A stretch of DNA of 64,000 nucleotides, taken from assembly GCF_009914755.1 (NCBI RefSeq), contig NC_060936.1; one strand, given 5' to 3'. Both the position numbers and the translations under genes were made by a program. Source of the stretch: the human T2T-CHM13v2.0 reference genome, Homo sapiens. Of this stretch, positions 14,794-28,357 are shown in pieces; position 1 is the stretch's first letter, and the number at the start of each line of letters is the position of its first letter. The notes below the pieces were generated by a model. The model ran no database searches, had not been told where the DNA came from, and saw nothing but the letters and a program-made list of their open reading frames with translations.

Positions 14794-17318
14794 TGTATTA
14801 GTCTGTTTTCATGCTGCTGATAAAGACATACCCGAGATTGGGTAATTATAAAGAAAAAGAGGTTTAATGGATTCACAGTTCCACATGGCTTAGGAGGTCT
14901 CACAATCATAGCAGGAGGCAAAAGGCCCATCTTACACGCTGGCAGACAAGACAGAATGAGAACCAACTGAAAGGGGTTTCCCCTTATAAAGCCATCAGCT
15001 CTCATGAGACTTATTCACTACCATGAGAACACTGTGAGAGAAACTGCCCCCATGATTCAATTAGCTCCCATTAAGTCCCTCCCACAACATGTGGGAATTA
15101 TGGGAGCTATAATTCAAGATGAGATTTGGGTGGGGACATAGCCAAACCATATCGTTTCACCCCTGGCCCCTCCTAAATCTCATGTCCTCACATTTCAAAA
15201 TCAATCAGGGCTTCCCAACAGTCCCCCAAACTCTTAACTCATTTCAGCATTAACTCAGAAGTCCACAGTCCAAAGTCTCATCTAAGACAAGGCAAGTCCC
15301 TTCCATCCATGAGTCCATAAAATCATAGGCAAGTTAGTTACTTCTTAGATGCGCTGGGGGTACAGGCATTCAATAAATACAGCTGTTCTAGGCTGGGTGC
15401 GGTGGCTCACACCTGTAATCCCAGCACTTTGGGAGGCCTAGATGGGCATATCACCTGAGGTCAGGAGTTTGAGACCAGCCTGACCAACATGACAAAACCC
15501 TGTCTCTACTAAAAATACAAAAATTAGTAGGATGTGGTGGCCGGTGCCTGTAATCCCAGCTACTCGGGGGACTGAGGCACAAGAATTGCTTGGACCCAGG
15601 AGGTGGAGGTTGTAGTGAGCCGAGATCATGCCACTGCACTCTAACCTGGGAGACATGAAGAGACTCCATTGCAAAAAAAAAAAAAAAATCCATTCTAAAT
15701 GGGAGAAATTGACCCCAACAAAGGGGCTGGAGACTCCATGCAAGTCCAAAATCCATCAGGGCAGTAAAGTTACAAAATGATCTCCTTTGACTTCTTGTCT
15801 TGCATCCAGGTCACACTGTTGCAAGAAGTAGGTTCTCATGGTCTTGGGCAGCTCTGCCCCTGTGTCTTTGCAGGGTACAGTCTCCTTCCCAGCTGCTTTC
15901 ACAGGCTGCTGTTGAGTGTCTGTGGCTTTTTCAGATGTGCAGTGCAAGCTGTCAGTGGATCTACCATTCTGGGCTCTAGAGAATGGTGGCCCTCTTCTCA
16001 CAACTCCACTAGACAGTGCTCCAGTGGGGACTCTGCATGGGGGCTCACACCCCACATTTCCCTTCCACACTGCCATAGCAGAGGTTCTCCATGAGGGCCC
16101 CGCTCCTGCAGCAAACTTCTGCCTAGACACACAGGCATTTCCACACATCCTTTGAAATCTAGGTGGAGGTTCCCAAACCTCAATTTTGACTTCTGTGCAC
16201 CTGCAGGCTCAATACCATGCAGAAGCTGCCAAGGCTTGGGACTTGCACCCTCTGAAGCCATAGCTCAAACTGTACCGTGGACCCTTTAGCCATGGCTGGA
16301 GCAGCTGGGACACAGGACACCAAGTCCCTAGGATGAACACAGCAGGTGGACCCTGGGCCCGGCCCAGGAGACCATATTTTCCTCCTAGGCCTCCAGGCCT
16401 TTGATGAGAGGGGCTGCTGCAAAGGTCTCTGACATGCCCTGGAGACATTTTTCTCATTGTCTTGGCGATTAACATTTGGTTCCTCGTTACTTATGCAAAT
16501 TTCTGCAGCTCCCTTGCGTTTCTCCTCAGAAAATGGTTTTTTTTTCTTTTCTATTGCACCATCAGGCTGCAAATTTTCCCAACTTTTTGCTCTGTTTACT
16601 GAATGCCTTTAACAGCCCAAGTCACCTCTTGAATACTTTGCTGCTTAGAAATTTCTTCCACCAGATACCCTAAATAATCTCCCTCAAGTTCAAAGTTTCA
16701 TAAATCTCTAGGGAAGGGGTAAAATGCCACCAGTTCCTTTGCTAAAACATAGCAAGAGTCACCTTTACCCCAGTTCCAACCAAGTTCCTCATCTCCATCT
16801 GAGACCACTTCAGCCTGGATTTCATTGTCCATATCATTATCACCTTTTTTGGTCAAAGCCATTCAACAAGTTTCTAGGAAGTTCCAAACATTCCCATATT
16901 TTCCTGTCTTCTTCTGATCCCTCCAAACTGTTCCAATCTCTGTTCGTTTTCACACTCCTCATAAAGATATGCATGAGACTGGGTAATTTATAAATCAGAA
17001 GAGGTTTAATGAACTCACAGTTCCATGTGACTGGGGAGGACTCACAATCATGGTGAGAGGTGAAAGGCACATTTTACATGGTGCCTGACGAGAGAATGAG
17101 AACCAAGTGAAACAGGTTTCCCTTTATAAAACTATCAGATCTCATGAGATTTACCAAGAGAACAGTATGGGGGAAACCGCCCCCATGATTCAATTATATG
17201 GGGGAAACCACCCCCATGATTCAATTATCTCCCACTGGGTCCCTCACACAACACCCAGGAGTTGTGGGAGCTGCAATTCAAGATGAAATTTGGGTGGGGA
17301 CACAGCCAAAGCATATCA
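14794..17318 (-). mobile_element. Two-LTR THE1 element (LTR-internal-LTR) with a nested AluS
   Basis: LTR ~14794-15153, internal region to ~16942, second LTR ~16943-17318; perfect 5-bp TSD aatcc at 14789-14793 and 17319-17323. Confidence 0.93.
15391..15688 (+). mobile_element. AluS nested in the THE1 internal region
   Basis: Full Alu dimer with A-tail; THE1 internal sequence resumes immediately after it. Confidence 0.95.
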
Positions 17319-18696
17319 AATCCCTTTGACCGAGAGGCATCTAGCAGATACTTGAACACCTCCTGATGGTAACCTTAGTTCAATGAGCTTGTCCTGTCCT
17401 TACATTTCTGGATAGGCCTAGTCTTTAGAATGTTATTATTTCTATCTTTTATTAAACCTGTGTCTCAAAAAGCCATTGTGTGACCCTAGTTCTTTCCATA
17501 ATCACACATAATATTAACTAACTGTCTTACACAGTGGACTGACAACTATTAGATGGTGGCTATTTTGTCTAATTTCTCCTCAAAAAGTTGTTTCTTCTTT
17601 GCATAGTAGTAATAGTTAATATTTCTGAGAGCTAAATACATTCCTGACAATATTCTAAATGTTATGCATGGTTTAGTTCATACAATTCTCCAGTGATCAC
17701 TGGATCATGTTTAGCACATACTATTGATGTCGTAAGTTAACAGTGAAGCAAGTGGGTATGGAGAACTGGAATAACCCTTCCTAGCTTCCCTGGGTGGTAT
17801 GGAGGTAGAGTCAGGATCCAGCCCCAGGCCTTTCTAACTGTTGAGAAAACATCAATTACTAGTGGGATGCATTGCTACTTAAAACAGTCTCAGCTATCTC
17901 GTAGGATTTTCATAATTTGTATTAAATTTCTTGAAATATGCTGTAGTTAATAAAAAGTCCCTCTTAAAATGTAGTATACCAGTAAAGAAACAGTTCTTCA
18001 GAAGTGGCCTGATGCCACAGAGTAAAGTGAACCTATTATTTGCCTTGGCAGTTAGGTAGTAGTGCTCTGTAACCTAAGTTTGTACTGCACTTGTTTCTTA
18101 AGTAGATTCATTGTGCAGGAGGCTCATTCTGAAAGGATGTTCAAGTGAGAACCCTAGGATCTTATTCTATAAACTTCTGTCAACATTTGTAGCTTCTATT
18201 TTTTAACTTATATAATTGCTTGATAATGTTTTCCATTTATTTTTGAAGCAATACGGAAATTTACATTCATACCTATTAAAGTTTCTGGTGCTGTGGAGAG
18301 CTACTGAGATATATTATAATTTGAGGTTTATTCCTCAATGTGTTGGCTGTTTTTCCTGGGAATAATGTACAAATTTTAGTATTTCATTTACATTTATAAT
18401 TATACATATTCATTATAAGAAGTTAGTTAGGGTATCTTTAAAAATAATTCTGCCTCTGAATTCCCAATACTCTGTGTGTATGGGTATAAACCCACCACAT
18501 TATTTCTGCATGTTTCCCCTTTTCTGTATCAGAGCATCATGGGGCCATTTGTTAGAGGAAATTGTTTCTGGTATCTGACATATTGCTAACTAGTGTTTAG
18601 TTTCTAGTTATCAAATATTGCATCTCTTTTGCGTTTTCATAAGTATTTCATAGAGGAAATGAGTAATCAAGTATCAGGTAATATTATATGGTCATC

Positions 18697-19631
18697 CAAC
18701 CCACAGAGTGCTAGAAAATATTCACAAACTATGCATCTGACAAAGGACTAATATCCAGAATCCACAAGGAACTCAAACAGAACAGCAAGAAAAAAAACAA
18801 TAATGTCCTTGAACTAGGCAAAGGACATAAATAGACAATTATCAAAAGAGGATATACAGTCAACAAAAAAATAAAAAAATGCTCAGCATCATTAATTATC
18901 ATGTAAATGCAAATGAAAACCACAATGAGATGCCACCTTACTCCTGCAACAGGGGCCATAAAAAAAGTTGTTGTGGATCTGGTGAGAAGGGAACATTTCT
19001 ACACTGCTGGTGGCAATGTAAACTAATACAACCACTATGAAAAACAGTGTAGAGATTCCTTAAAGAACTAAAAGCAGAATTACTATTTGATCCAGCAATC
19101 CCACTACTGGGTAGCTACCCAAAGGAAAAGAAGGTATTGTAGGAAAAAGACACATGCACATGCATGTTTATAGCAGCACAATTCACAATTGCAAAGATAT
19201 GGAAGTAACCTAAGTGCCCATCAACCAATGATTGGATAAAGAAAATGTGGTATATATGCACCATGGAATATTACTCAGCCATAAAATGGAATGAAATAAT
19301 GTCTTTTGCAACAACTTGGATGGAGGCCATTATTCTAAGTGAGGTAACTCAGGAATGGAAAATCAATACTGTATGTTCTCACTTATAAGTGGGAGCTAAG
19401 CTATGAGGATACAAAGGCATAAGAATGATATAGTGGGCTTTGGGGACTCAGTCAGGGAAGGATGAGAGGAAGGTGAAGGATAAAAGACTACATATTGGGT
19501 TCAGTGTACACTACCTAAGTGACAGGTGCACCAAAGTCCCAGAAGTCACCACTAAAGAACTTATCCATGTAACCAAAAACCACTTGTACCCCAAAAACTA
19601 TTGAAATGGAAAATAAAATAAAATTAAAAAA
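18697..19631 (+). mobile_element. 5'-truncated L1PB-like LINE (ORF2 end and 3'UTR)
   Basis: L1 3' sequence with PB-type UTR 'ctaagctatgaggatacaaaggcataagaatgata'; TSD atatggtcatc / atatagtcatc. Confidence 0.9.
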
Positions 19632-20217
19632 ATATAGTCATCTTGATCAGAAACCCTTGCCATTAATAAAAAAGAAACGAAATAGTTGCTAATTTAAGTA
19701 TAAGCTGGCATACAGCTGAGTTCTTAGATCTATGGTGTGCATCACTGTAATAGTGCCTTTTCATGGCTGAGATGTCGTTGTTTAGTACAGTAGTTATATC
19801 AGCTACTAAGCTATCTTTGGAAACCTGGTGGTAGCAATTACCACAGAGATCTAGACCTAACCCACAGAACTTCAAGTTGTTCACCAAATGCTAGGTCCTT
19901 TGGTCAGGTCCAGAGACCAAAAAAATGGGTCATAGTAATGCCTGGGGTGATTGAATTATGAGAGAAAGATTCACAGTAAGTAATCTGTACACAAAATTGC
20001 CACTGACAGAAGAAAGCAAGTCATCTACTGATTAATAACTGTCAGAATTATTGGACACTGGAAATGCACACAGAGTCTTTTTTTTCTTATGTTCATTCAA
20101 CAAAAGGAGTTAAATAACAATCAAAAGATTCTTCTGGTACATATAAAATCAAGGCAGAGAATATTTAAGCATCTTGGAAAAAACAGAAGTAAAACATTAA
20201 CATGGAGATGGTAAGTT

Positions 20218-20506
20218 AAGTGTACAATCCCTCATTTGTGATTAAAAAAAATACTAAAAAAAACTCTGAAAATTGAAAAAAAATTAATACCTCATTTAGA
20301 AGCAAACTCTGCTCTTACCTGGAAAACTGACTATTTTACTGCAGAAATACGAATATGTTTGATTACATAGCACTCATAGAGATCCTGCTGGGGTTGGTAC
20401 ATAATATATGGTATTTGGACTATTTTGGCTATCTAAAATCTGAAAATACATGATGCTAAATGTATCTAACACTAAGAGATTTTGGAAAAAAGATTATAAA
20501 CCTCTA
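20218..20506. mobile_element. Tigger-derived MITE (MER46C-like)
   Basis: Degenerate terminal inverted repeats ('gtgtacaatccctcattt' ... 'aaaaaagattataaacctc') with TA flanks. Confidence 0.55.
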
Positions 20507-20507
20507 C

Positions 20508-20703
20508 TTAAAGTCCTTCAGCTAAGAGTCCTTTTAAGTTAAGAGAACTTGCAGGACATTTTTTGTACTGTACAGATAACTTTGCCAGTGGAAATAGAAA
20601 ACTCCAAGTTAGTTTGCCAGGGATTTTTCCACTCTGAGTAGTGAATATGTAATATCCAGTTGGACATCTGTTCTCTTTGAATGTTGGTTCTTTGGTTGTC
20701 ATT
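20508..20703 (-). pseudogene. Candidate pseudo-exon (NDNQRTNIQREQMSNWILHIHYSEWKNPW...)
   Basis: Acceptor ...ctaaacag at 20704-20705 (weak pyrimidine tract); 54 open codons in phase 0; donor unclear, abuts the MITE. Confidence 0.35.
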
Positions 20704-22310
20704 CTGTTTAGATATATTCATATTATATTCAGTGCCTGTGCTAGATATGTTCATTAATAGGCCCATCCTCCACCCTGGTAATCCCTTGCCTAGAAACCAC
20801 GAGGTGTATATGTGACTCACACCTGTCCACAGCTAATTGGGCCAGGAGCTGTCAACTGGTCTGAGATGAAAGAGGCAGTGATTTGGCCTGACCCAAAAAG
20901 ATGAGCTGGGTCTCTCTCTCCTTTCCTCTTTGGAATTTAGATGATCAGAAATGATGCCATGAGATATATTAAAGGCCGTGGAGATTGAATCCAGAAGGAG
21001 CCAGAGTTATGAGGAGGGAGACATTGTAAGGGGCATTAGAGAGGAGAGCAAGTAACAATTACGTAGAGAGATATAGTTATTCAATGAGAGAAAAAAATCA
21101 TGAGCCCCAAGAGAAAAATAGATCAACTCATTGGTAGGGCTCTCCTGACTTTGGTACTTTTTCCAGTACCAGTTCTAGTCCCATGTATCTGCATAATTTG
21201 TTTCTTTTGATTGCAGTAGCTTGAATGAGTCTCCATTCTTTGCAACTGAAAGAGATCTAACCAAAATTGTGGCACAGCTTTAATATACTAACACTGCCTG
21301 ATTTTCCTTAACTTAGGAGTTAATGTTGCATTAGGAAAAAAAATTGGAGCCTATTAATTAGAGTTTTATTTTTAATTGGGGGTAAAACCACAACCTATGG
21401 TAAATATTGATTCAATTGTTTTACTCTAAGAAGGCAATCTCATTTTCCCATCTAATTTCCAAGTGTTTGAAAATATTATTTGAAGTTATGTGCAGCCATA
21501 TGTCTGAGATTTAGTTCATGGAACATGTGCGGAAGTGATAAATGCTGATTAAAGTCAGAAAACACCTTTCTCTTTCCCTTTCTGGTGCCTGGATGCTAAT
21601 GCCAGGGTGACCTCAGAAACCAGAAGATGATGATATCACTGTCTCCATCAGCCTGGATGTCTGAATAAATGAGTGCAGTAGGGACTTCCCCCGCCCCCAT
21701 GCCTAGAGCTTTCATATTTGGCTCTTATATAAGTGTGAAATCAATGTCTGTTGTGTTTCTTTATTTTATCCGTTAGAACATAAACATTAACATCCATACT
21801 TGGATGTTAATAAGAAATCTCCTTTAACGTCTAAGTACAGAAAATACTATCTAATTTTACTATTATCTAGCTTGCATTTCCTTATGAAAATATACTTGGG
21901 AGATGTATCTTGAAAAATTGGATAAACATCCTGCTTGAATATATGGATCCTGCATTCCTTATTTTACTAATTTATTTGTACACTTTTCACAAATAAGATA
22001 TTTTACTGTTTCCTGTAGAAGTGATTGCAGTTTCTTGAGAAACTTTGTTTATTCACATTTAGGTGCATGAGTCATTCTAATATTTAGTTGCTAAGGATAT
22101 TTAAGAGGAAAGGGATGATTCTTTTCCATACATAATACATATATGATACCAAAAGTGTGTGAAAGGCTCTGATAGTTCCTAGAGCCTGATAATAACTTTT
22201 AAATATCTTATACCATTTTAAAGTTCAGGCTTATGTCATTTTTAGTGATTACAACTAAGGTAGAATAGCCTTTCATTTATAGTAAAACTGCTTCTTAAAC
22301 ATACACTTTC

Positions 22311-22600
22311 AGCCAAGTATGGGGGAGTTATGCCTCTAATCCTAGCACTTTGAGAGGCTGAAAGTGAGGGGATCACTTGAGCTCAGGATTTCAACGCCAT
22401 CCTGGGGAACATAGCCAGACTCTGTCTCTACAAGAATTAGCTGGGTATGGTGGCTTGCACCTGTGGTTCCCGCTCCTCAGGCGGCTGAGGATCACTTGAG
22501 CCTAGGAGTCCCAGGCTCCCAGGCTACAGTGAGTTAGGAAAGTGCCACAGCACTCCAACCTGGGTGACAGAGCAAGACTCTATGACAACAACAAAAAAAA
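22311..22600 (+). mobile_element. AluJ (diverged)
   Basis: Alu dimer with 'gaggatcacttgagcctaggag'; tacacttt flanks. Confidence 0.9.
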
Positions 22601-23001
22601 GTACACTTTTATTCTTTCAATTAAAAATTTGTCCATTGCCTGATAACTGAAAGTTGATTTTGCAAACATATAAGTTAGATTGTGCTTTACTAGGAAAAGG
22701 TAGCAAAATTTCAAGAAGTCACCACGAGGACCTGCTGGAGTTTTTCTCCTAAGGGTCTGAGATACTCTGCTGCTTTGTTTCTTGCTTCCCTTCCTGATAA
22801 AACATAGTGTTTGGTTGTTATGCTTTACTTTAGCAGCACATTAGTGTCATACCTTCACAGAAGAGAAAATTCATAGTTTACAATGCATTTTCACTATGAA
22901 ACGTATCTGATGGTACAAAAATAATCCTTCTAAACCTTTGGGTCAATTTCCCCCCCGAAAATGTTATTTTAGTTTTACGTAAAGTGAAACCCACATATTA
23001 C

Positions 23002-23064
23002 CATGGCTTCTTGTATTTCTCTGACTGCTTTACATTTCACCCCCTGGAAGGGCTTTCCGTGAAT
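23002..23064 (-). pseudogene. Candidate 63-nt exon (IHGKPFQGVKCKAVREIQEAM in phase 0)
   Basis: tatgtatttcag|ATT...ATG|gtaata; length divisible by 3; open in phase 0. Confidence 0.55.
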
Positions 23065-23194
23065 CTGAAATACATAGATTTCTCTATGGAATTCCTTTTG
23101 AGATCATAAAAAAATGTTAAGTGAATTTATTTGTTGAGGATTCCCATCATTAACTTTTCTCTGTTCAGAAAAGTGCCCATTTGTTCCAACTTAC

Positions 23195-23313
23195 CATCAT
23201 TTCTCGGGTATAAACAGATATTTATCCAAGAACAAACACTTTTCCCAAAATGGGATCAATCTTAGGACCTTAGGAGTCACCTTTTTCAGTATCCATCCAA
23301 TGATTAAATTCAG
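23195..23313 (-). pseudogene. Candidate 119-nt exon
   Basis: ccttatattacag|CTG...ATG|gtaagt (consensus donor); 130-bp intron to the 23002-23064 segment. Phase-1 reading EFNHWMDTEKGDS*GPKIDPILGKVFVLG*ISVYTREMM ends in phase 0. Confidence 0.6.
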
Positions 23314-25859
23314 CTGTAATATAAGGATGCTTTAAGGCGTTTCTGAGGCAAACAATTTTACCTTTAGGCAGTATTATCTGTTACGTGATATGTGGACATT
23401 ACCAGAGTTGGCCACAGATTTTCTTTAAATATTTAAATTTTCTCATGTCTTAGGGGAAAAAAAACTGTAGAAATTAAATTTGCATACACATTTGTGTGAG
23501 TCTAAAATAATATTATATATTGCCATGTAAGTTGTGAGAAAACCTCCTTTTTTGTAGTTAGGCAATATATTCCTATTCAAGAAATTTGATATGTCCAAAT
23601 TACTCTTTAAAATTGTCTACCTCTCCTCCCTATATAATGTGGTATAGCAGCAAGACAGGGTATAGAGATCAAAGAGTCTAGAATGAAAAGTAATTTTCTA
23701 TCCCGTTTCTGCTGCTTGCCGACTCTGGAAACTCAGCCTCTCTGAGCCTCAGTTTATCCTCATGTAAACGGTAAGAATAATAGCATTAGTATAGATATTC
23801 TTTATGTCTCAGGTTAACTGTATGTATCTAGTTGAATTTTGTGTATAAAAATACTTTGTAAAATGTGAAACCATGTATTTTCTTTAATTATGTTTATTAA
23901 AGAAACAAATATATTTCTAAGGTACGTACCATGGAATTGATTCACATGAGGCAAAGAAGCATGCTTAGTTGGCCAGTATTTTTCACATTGCATATGAGAA
24001 TGTTGTAACTCATTAAAAATTTATATTGTATTTTTCAAAATCATGTGTAACCTGAGTAACATAGCCATGCTATAATTCATAATATATGAGACATTTAAAA
24101 TGACCTTCTTGTCTTACATTATTGTCCCAGAAGCTCATTTTGGAATATGTGGAGACTAGACAGAAACCAATTATTGGAACATGTCAGTTAATTGATTTTA
24201 TATCTGGTGGGGAGTGCAGGAGATTGGGGTTAGTCATTTTAGGAAATTGGTAAATGTCACAATTTCTGGGATAAGCAAAGGGAAACACATGTGAACGTTA
24301 TTTAAAGAGCTCCATCTCAGCCTGAATTTCTTAGAACTGTAGCTTGAGACAGAACTTATATGCTAAAACTGTATTGGGGCTTATTACCTGGGAAGGCAAA
24401 AGCCAAAAAAAAGAAAAACAAAACAAAACAAAAAAAAACAACTACAAAAAAAGGGGAATTGAGACAAGAAAGAAGGGAAAACTGAGACATGGTGTTGCAT
24501 TGCCAAGCTGGCCTCAGCTTCTCAAGAAAACACAATTGGTTCCTGGATCATACATGAAGCCTCCAGAGAGGAAGAAGGAAAATATACTTGCTTGCTCCTG
24601 TTCCTTCTTGTCTCTCATTGGTCAAAGTCTGACCCACAACATGTTAACTCATCTGCACATCTGGGTTATTTGACAAGGATTCTCTGGGCAGCTGTTGAGG
24701 AAACCACAGTCTCTGTGGTCGAGAAGCTCAGATGTCACCACTGAGGAGGCTGGGGCTGAAGTGTTTTCAGGAGATGAAGTGGTTGCAGGGGTTGCGGTGG
24801 TTGCAGTGGTTGCCAGGCCTTTACGACCATAAGCAGAGCTTGGGTAGTCACTGGGTTTCTCCAGACAACCAGGAAGAAAGCACGTGGCAGAGGCTTGGAT
24901 GGGAGGTGGAGGTGTCAGTTGGGTTTGGTATAAGTCTGCCCCAGCCCACCGGCATGACAAGAATTACACAATTTGTCTTATTAGATAGGAAAATGCAATA
25001 AACTTTCTCAAACCCATATGCCTAACTTAGCTCATCTACTTAGAGGAATTGTAACCTAGGAAGGAAGTAGCTTTTGGTTCCCTACCAACTATAAACCATA
25101 CTTACAAAAAATCATTTATACAAATGACTCTGCATGTTGTAAATGACCAAGATCATTATCATCTAATTGCAATCATTATCATTATCTAATGGTATTTCTG
25201 AAAGGGACCACCTGCCCATTTCTAAGCAGATGCACAAGTGATGGATAGATAACTAAATCATTACATTAGGGTACATTTAAGTAGATTAAAAATTTGATTT
25301 GGAATTAGACCAAGGTAAGCCCGCATGACTTTCCTTAATAGAAACATATTTAGAAAAAGACATAATTTTAGGGCTGTTGGAATTTTTAAATAGTTTTTCC
25401 AAAAATTTGTTTGTTAAAACATTTATGTAGCTGAGATGACATAAGAAAATGTATTGCAATAAAAAACTATGTTAATTTCAACTGGAAAAAGTGGTATGCA
25501 TAGAGACTGAGGAAGTAAATCAAGAAATATAGCATATTAGCAAATACATTAAAAGTGAAGCTTTACCGTAGGAAAATATTTGCTATCAACACATAGCTGC
25601 CCTCTGAGGGAGGTAAAGATACACTGTATTGAAAGACAAAGAAGGATAAGGACTAGCTAGCTGGATCATTATTGGAAAGCCAACAAACCAAACATTCAGG
25701 GGCTAGCCTAATGACATAGCTGCTGACTTGAGAAAAATTAATCCTTCTTTAAAATATTTGATTAAATTGCACAAATGAGAGTCCAACTTAATCAAACCAA
25801 ATAAATTCTTTCTTGAGCAGCATAAATTATGCTTTTCCTGCTTCGGTGCACATACTCAC

Positions 25860-25915
25860 AGGCTGTCGACTGGCCGTTTTAGAGTGCAGTTCTGCATTTA
25901 ACTGCTGTGTCATGC
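25860..25915 (-). pseudogene. Candidate 56-nt exon (xMTQQLNAELHSKTASRQP)
   Basis: ttttccattag|GCATG...CCT|gtgagt; open in the phase-1-entry frame. Confidence 0.6.
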
Positions 25916-26091
25916 CTAATGGAAAATGTACTCAGCAAGATGGTTATTCCATTGAATTTTGGAAGCAGTTAGGAACACTAATAGCCTCTTATTTTTCCAA
26001 CATGCTTAATGATATAATGAATATAAAATAATTTCATCTACAAATCAACATGACCTTTTTATAACAAAAGAGAAACAAAAGGATCCATTAC

Positions 26092-26162
26092 TTTACAGAA
26101 ATTCTCGTCTACAGCAGATGTTCCATTGAATTCTATCCTCAGGATTCTATAAAAAGTACAGA
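26092..26162 (-). pseudogene. Candidate small exon (two possible acceptors, 26162 or 26146)
   Basis: cttttttcacctcacag| or tactttttatag| ... AAA|gtaatg; readings xCTFYRILRIEFNGTSAVDENFCK or NPEDRIQWNICCRREFL*. Confidence 0.45.
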
Positions 26163-27166
26163 CTGTGAGGTGAAAAAAGGGTTTTTTCTCTCTCACAATT
26201 TTTAATGTTAAATGAGAGTATGAAAACTAGATGATCCAAAGAATTGACAGATACTCCATAATAAAAAATCCTTCAAACTCCATGGATATAGAAAACATAG
26301 TAGTAAGTCAATTTTAACATGTACTTTGAAACCAGTTTTATTAGTAATTTTTTAACAAAAGCCAGCATTAATATAATCTTCTAATTTGTTTATACTCCAT
26401 GATGAGAGAGCCTCCTATTGTTACAATCTGCTGGATTGTCAAGAAACAAAGGAAGACAAACTAAATTTAAAGAAATTTCTCATCAGAAATCTTAAACATT
26501 TGAGCAAAACTAATATATGCAGACAATTGAATGGAATTTTCCCATATCGGAATATAGATGACATTTAACATGTATTTGTATGTGAGAAAATCTTTAGACA
26601 CCTAGTGTAACAAATTATCACCATTTGCAAGGAAAATAGGACACTGTGGCATAAAACAAGGGACTGACACTATTTAAACAGATTTATGCTGTAAGTGAGG
26701 TGTTTGGGAGGTGAAGTTATGAGATTAATTGGTCCAAATAAAAGTCACAGTAATGGTTTTTGGAATTTAGATGATCCTTCAGGCTATTGCCTAGGCATTG
26801 CTACCTTTCTTGCCCATCTTCTGACTTCTATCACTTCAATACCTTGAACTATACCAGGCTTTAAATTATCTTTGAAGTTACTTGATTTAATCTTTTCTAT
26901 GAGCTGCAAATCTGCCATGTTTGCTCTGACCTGTCCAAAGAGTCATCTTTCTCCTAAAAAGCAAACATAAATTATGATTTTAGGTGAAAGAAGGGGAAAG
27001 AGAAGGAATAAAAGGCAGATGAATAAAACTGATTGAGATAATGCACATGAGGAAATTAGCACTTTGCAGAAGAGCACATTGGAATGCTCAAAGATGTGAG
27101 TTGTTATTAGATGAAATGAATTCATGCTTCACAACTTCATTAACTTGTGTTGTAAGAGGCCATTTA

Positions 27167-27521
<355 letters not shown>

Positions 27522-28357
27522 TTAAATCATGAATATTTATTAAAGAATGTGTACATTTGAATATACATGTTTGAGTTAAAGTGCATTCAGTAAATCACTT
27601 TTATTTTTACACCATCAACCGAGAGCTCTCCATGAAAGCTTTTACTCCACGTACTTCATCTCTTCTTGAGGTATTACGTCTTCTGCATCATCTTATGCAA
27701 CCATTCACAGGAAGAACATTGCTACAATGTTTGCATTATCTTTTTGGTCCCACAAGCCAAAAAAAATTTAAAAAAAACCTTTAAAACCTATGGGTTTGTA
27801 AATCCAAGTGGCTTCTGTTAATTCTAATCAATGTATGTGTACCATAATCAGAAGATACATGTGTGAAAGAGAAGAAAATCTATCCTTAGGACATCAGAGA
27901 GCAACAATAACAGCAAAATCAATTTAAGCCAGTGAGTGTAAGTATACATATATGTGTGTCTCGGCAGGGGAAATGGGGAGGGAGTATTGTATAGGAGTGT
28001 AATCGCACTGATCATAACACATAAAATAAAAGAGAGGCAGCCATTGCATTACCAAACAGAGCAAATGTGCAAGTACCATAGTCATTTGGTTGTCTCTGCA
28101 CACAAACTGTTTTGATAACATACATCTAGATTAAATTTTATGTAAATATAATTTTTCTACAAGTGTTTGAGTTCTACTCAAGATATTGTAACAGAATTTC
28201 ACACTTCATTTAAAAAAAAGCCTTTAAAATATAAAGTGTACGTTCATTCTAGATGTCTGTTAAATGTAAGTTGCAGAGATGTAGATAGGAGATAGGTAGA
28301 GATTTTAGAGAGAGAGTTTCTGAGAGTTTTTTTTTTTTCACATTTTAAGCTACTCAC

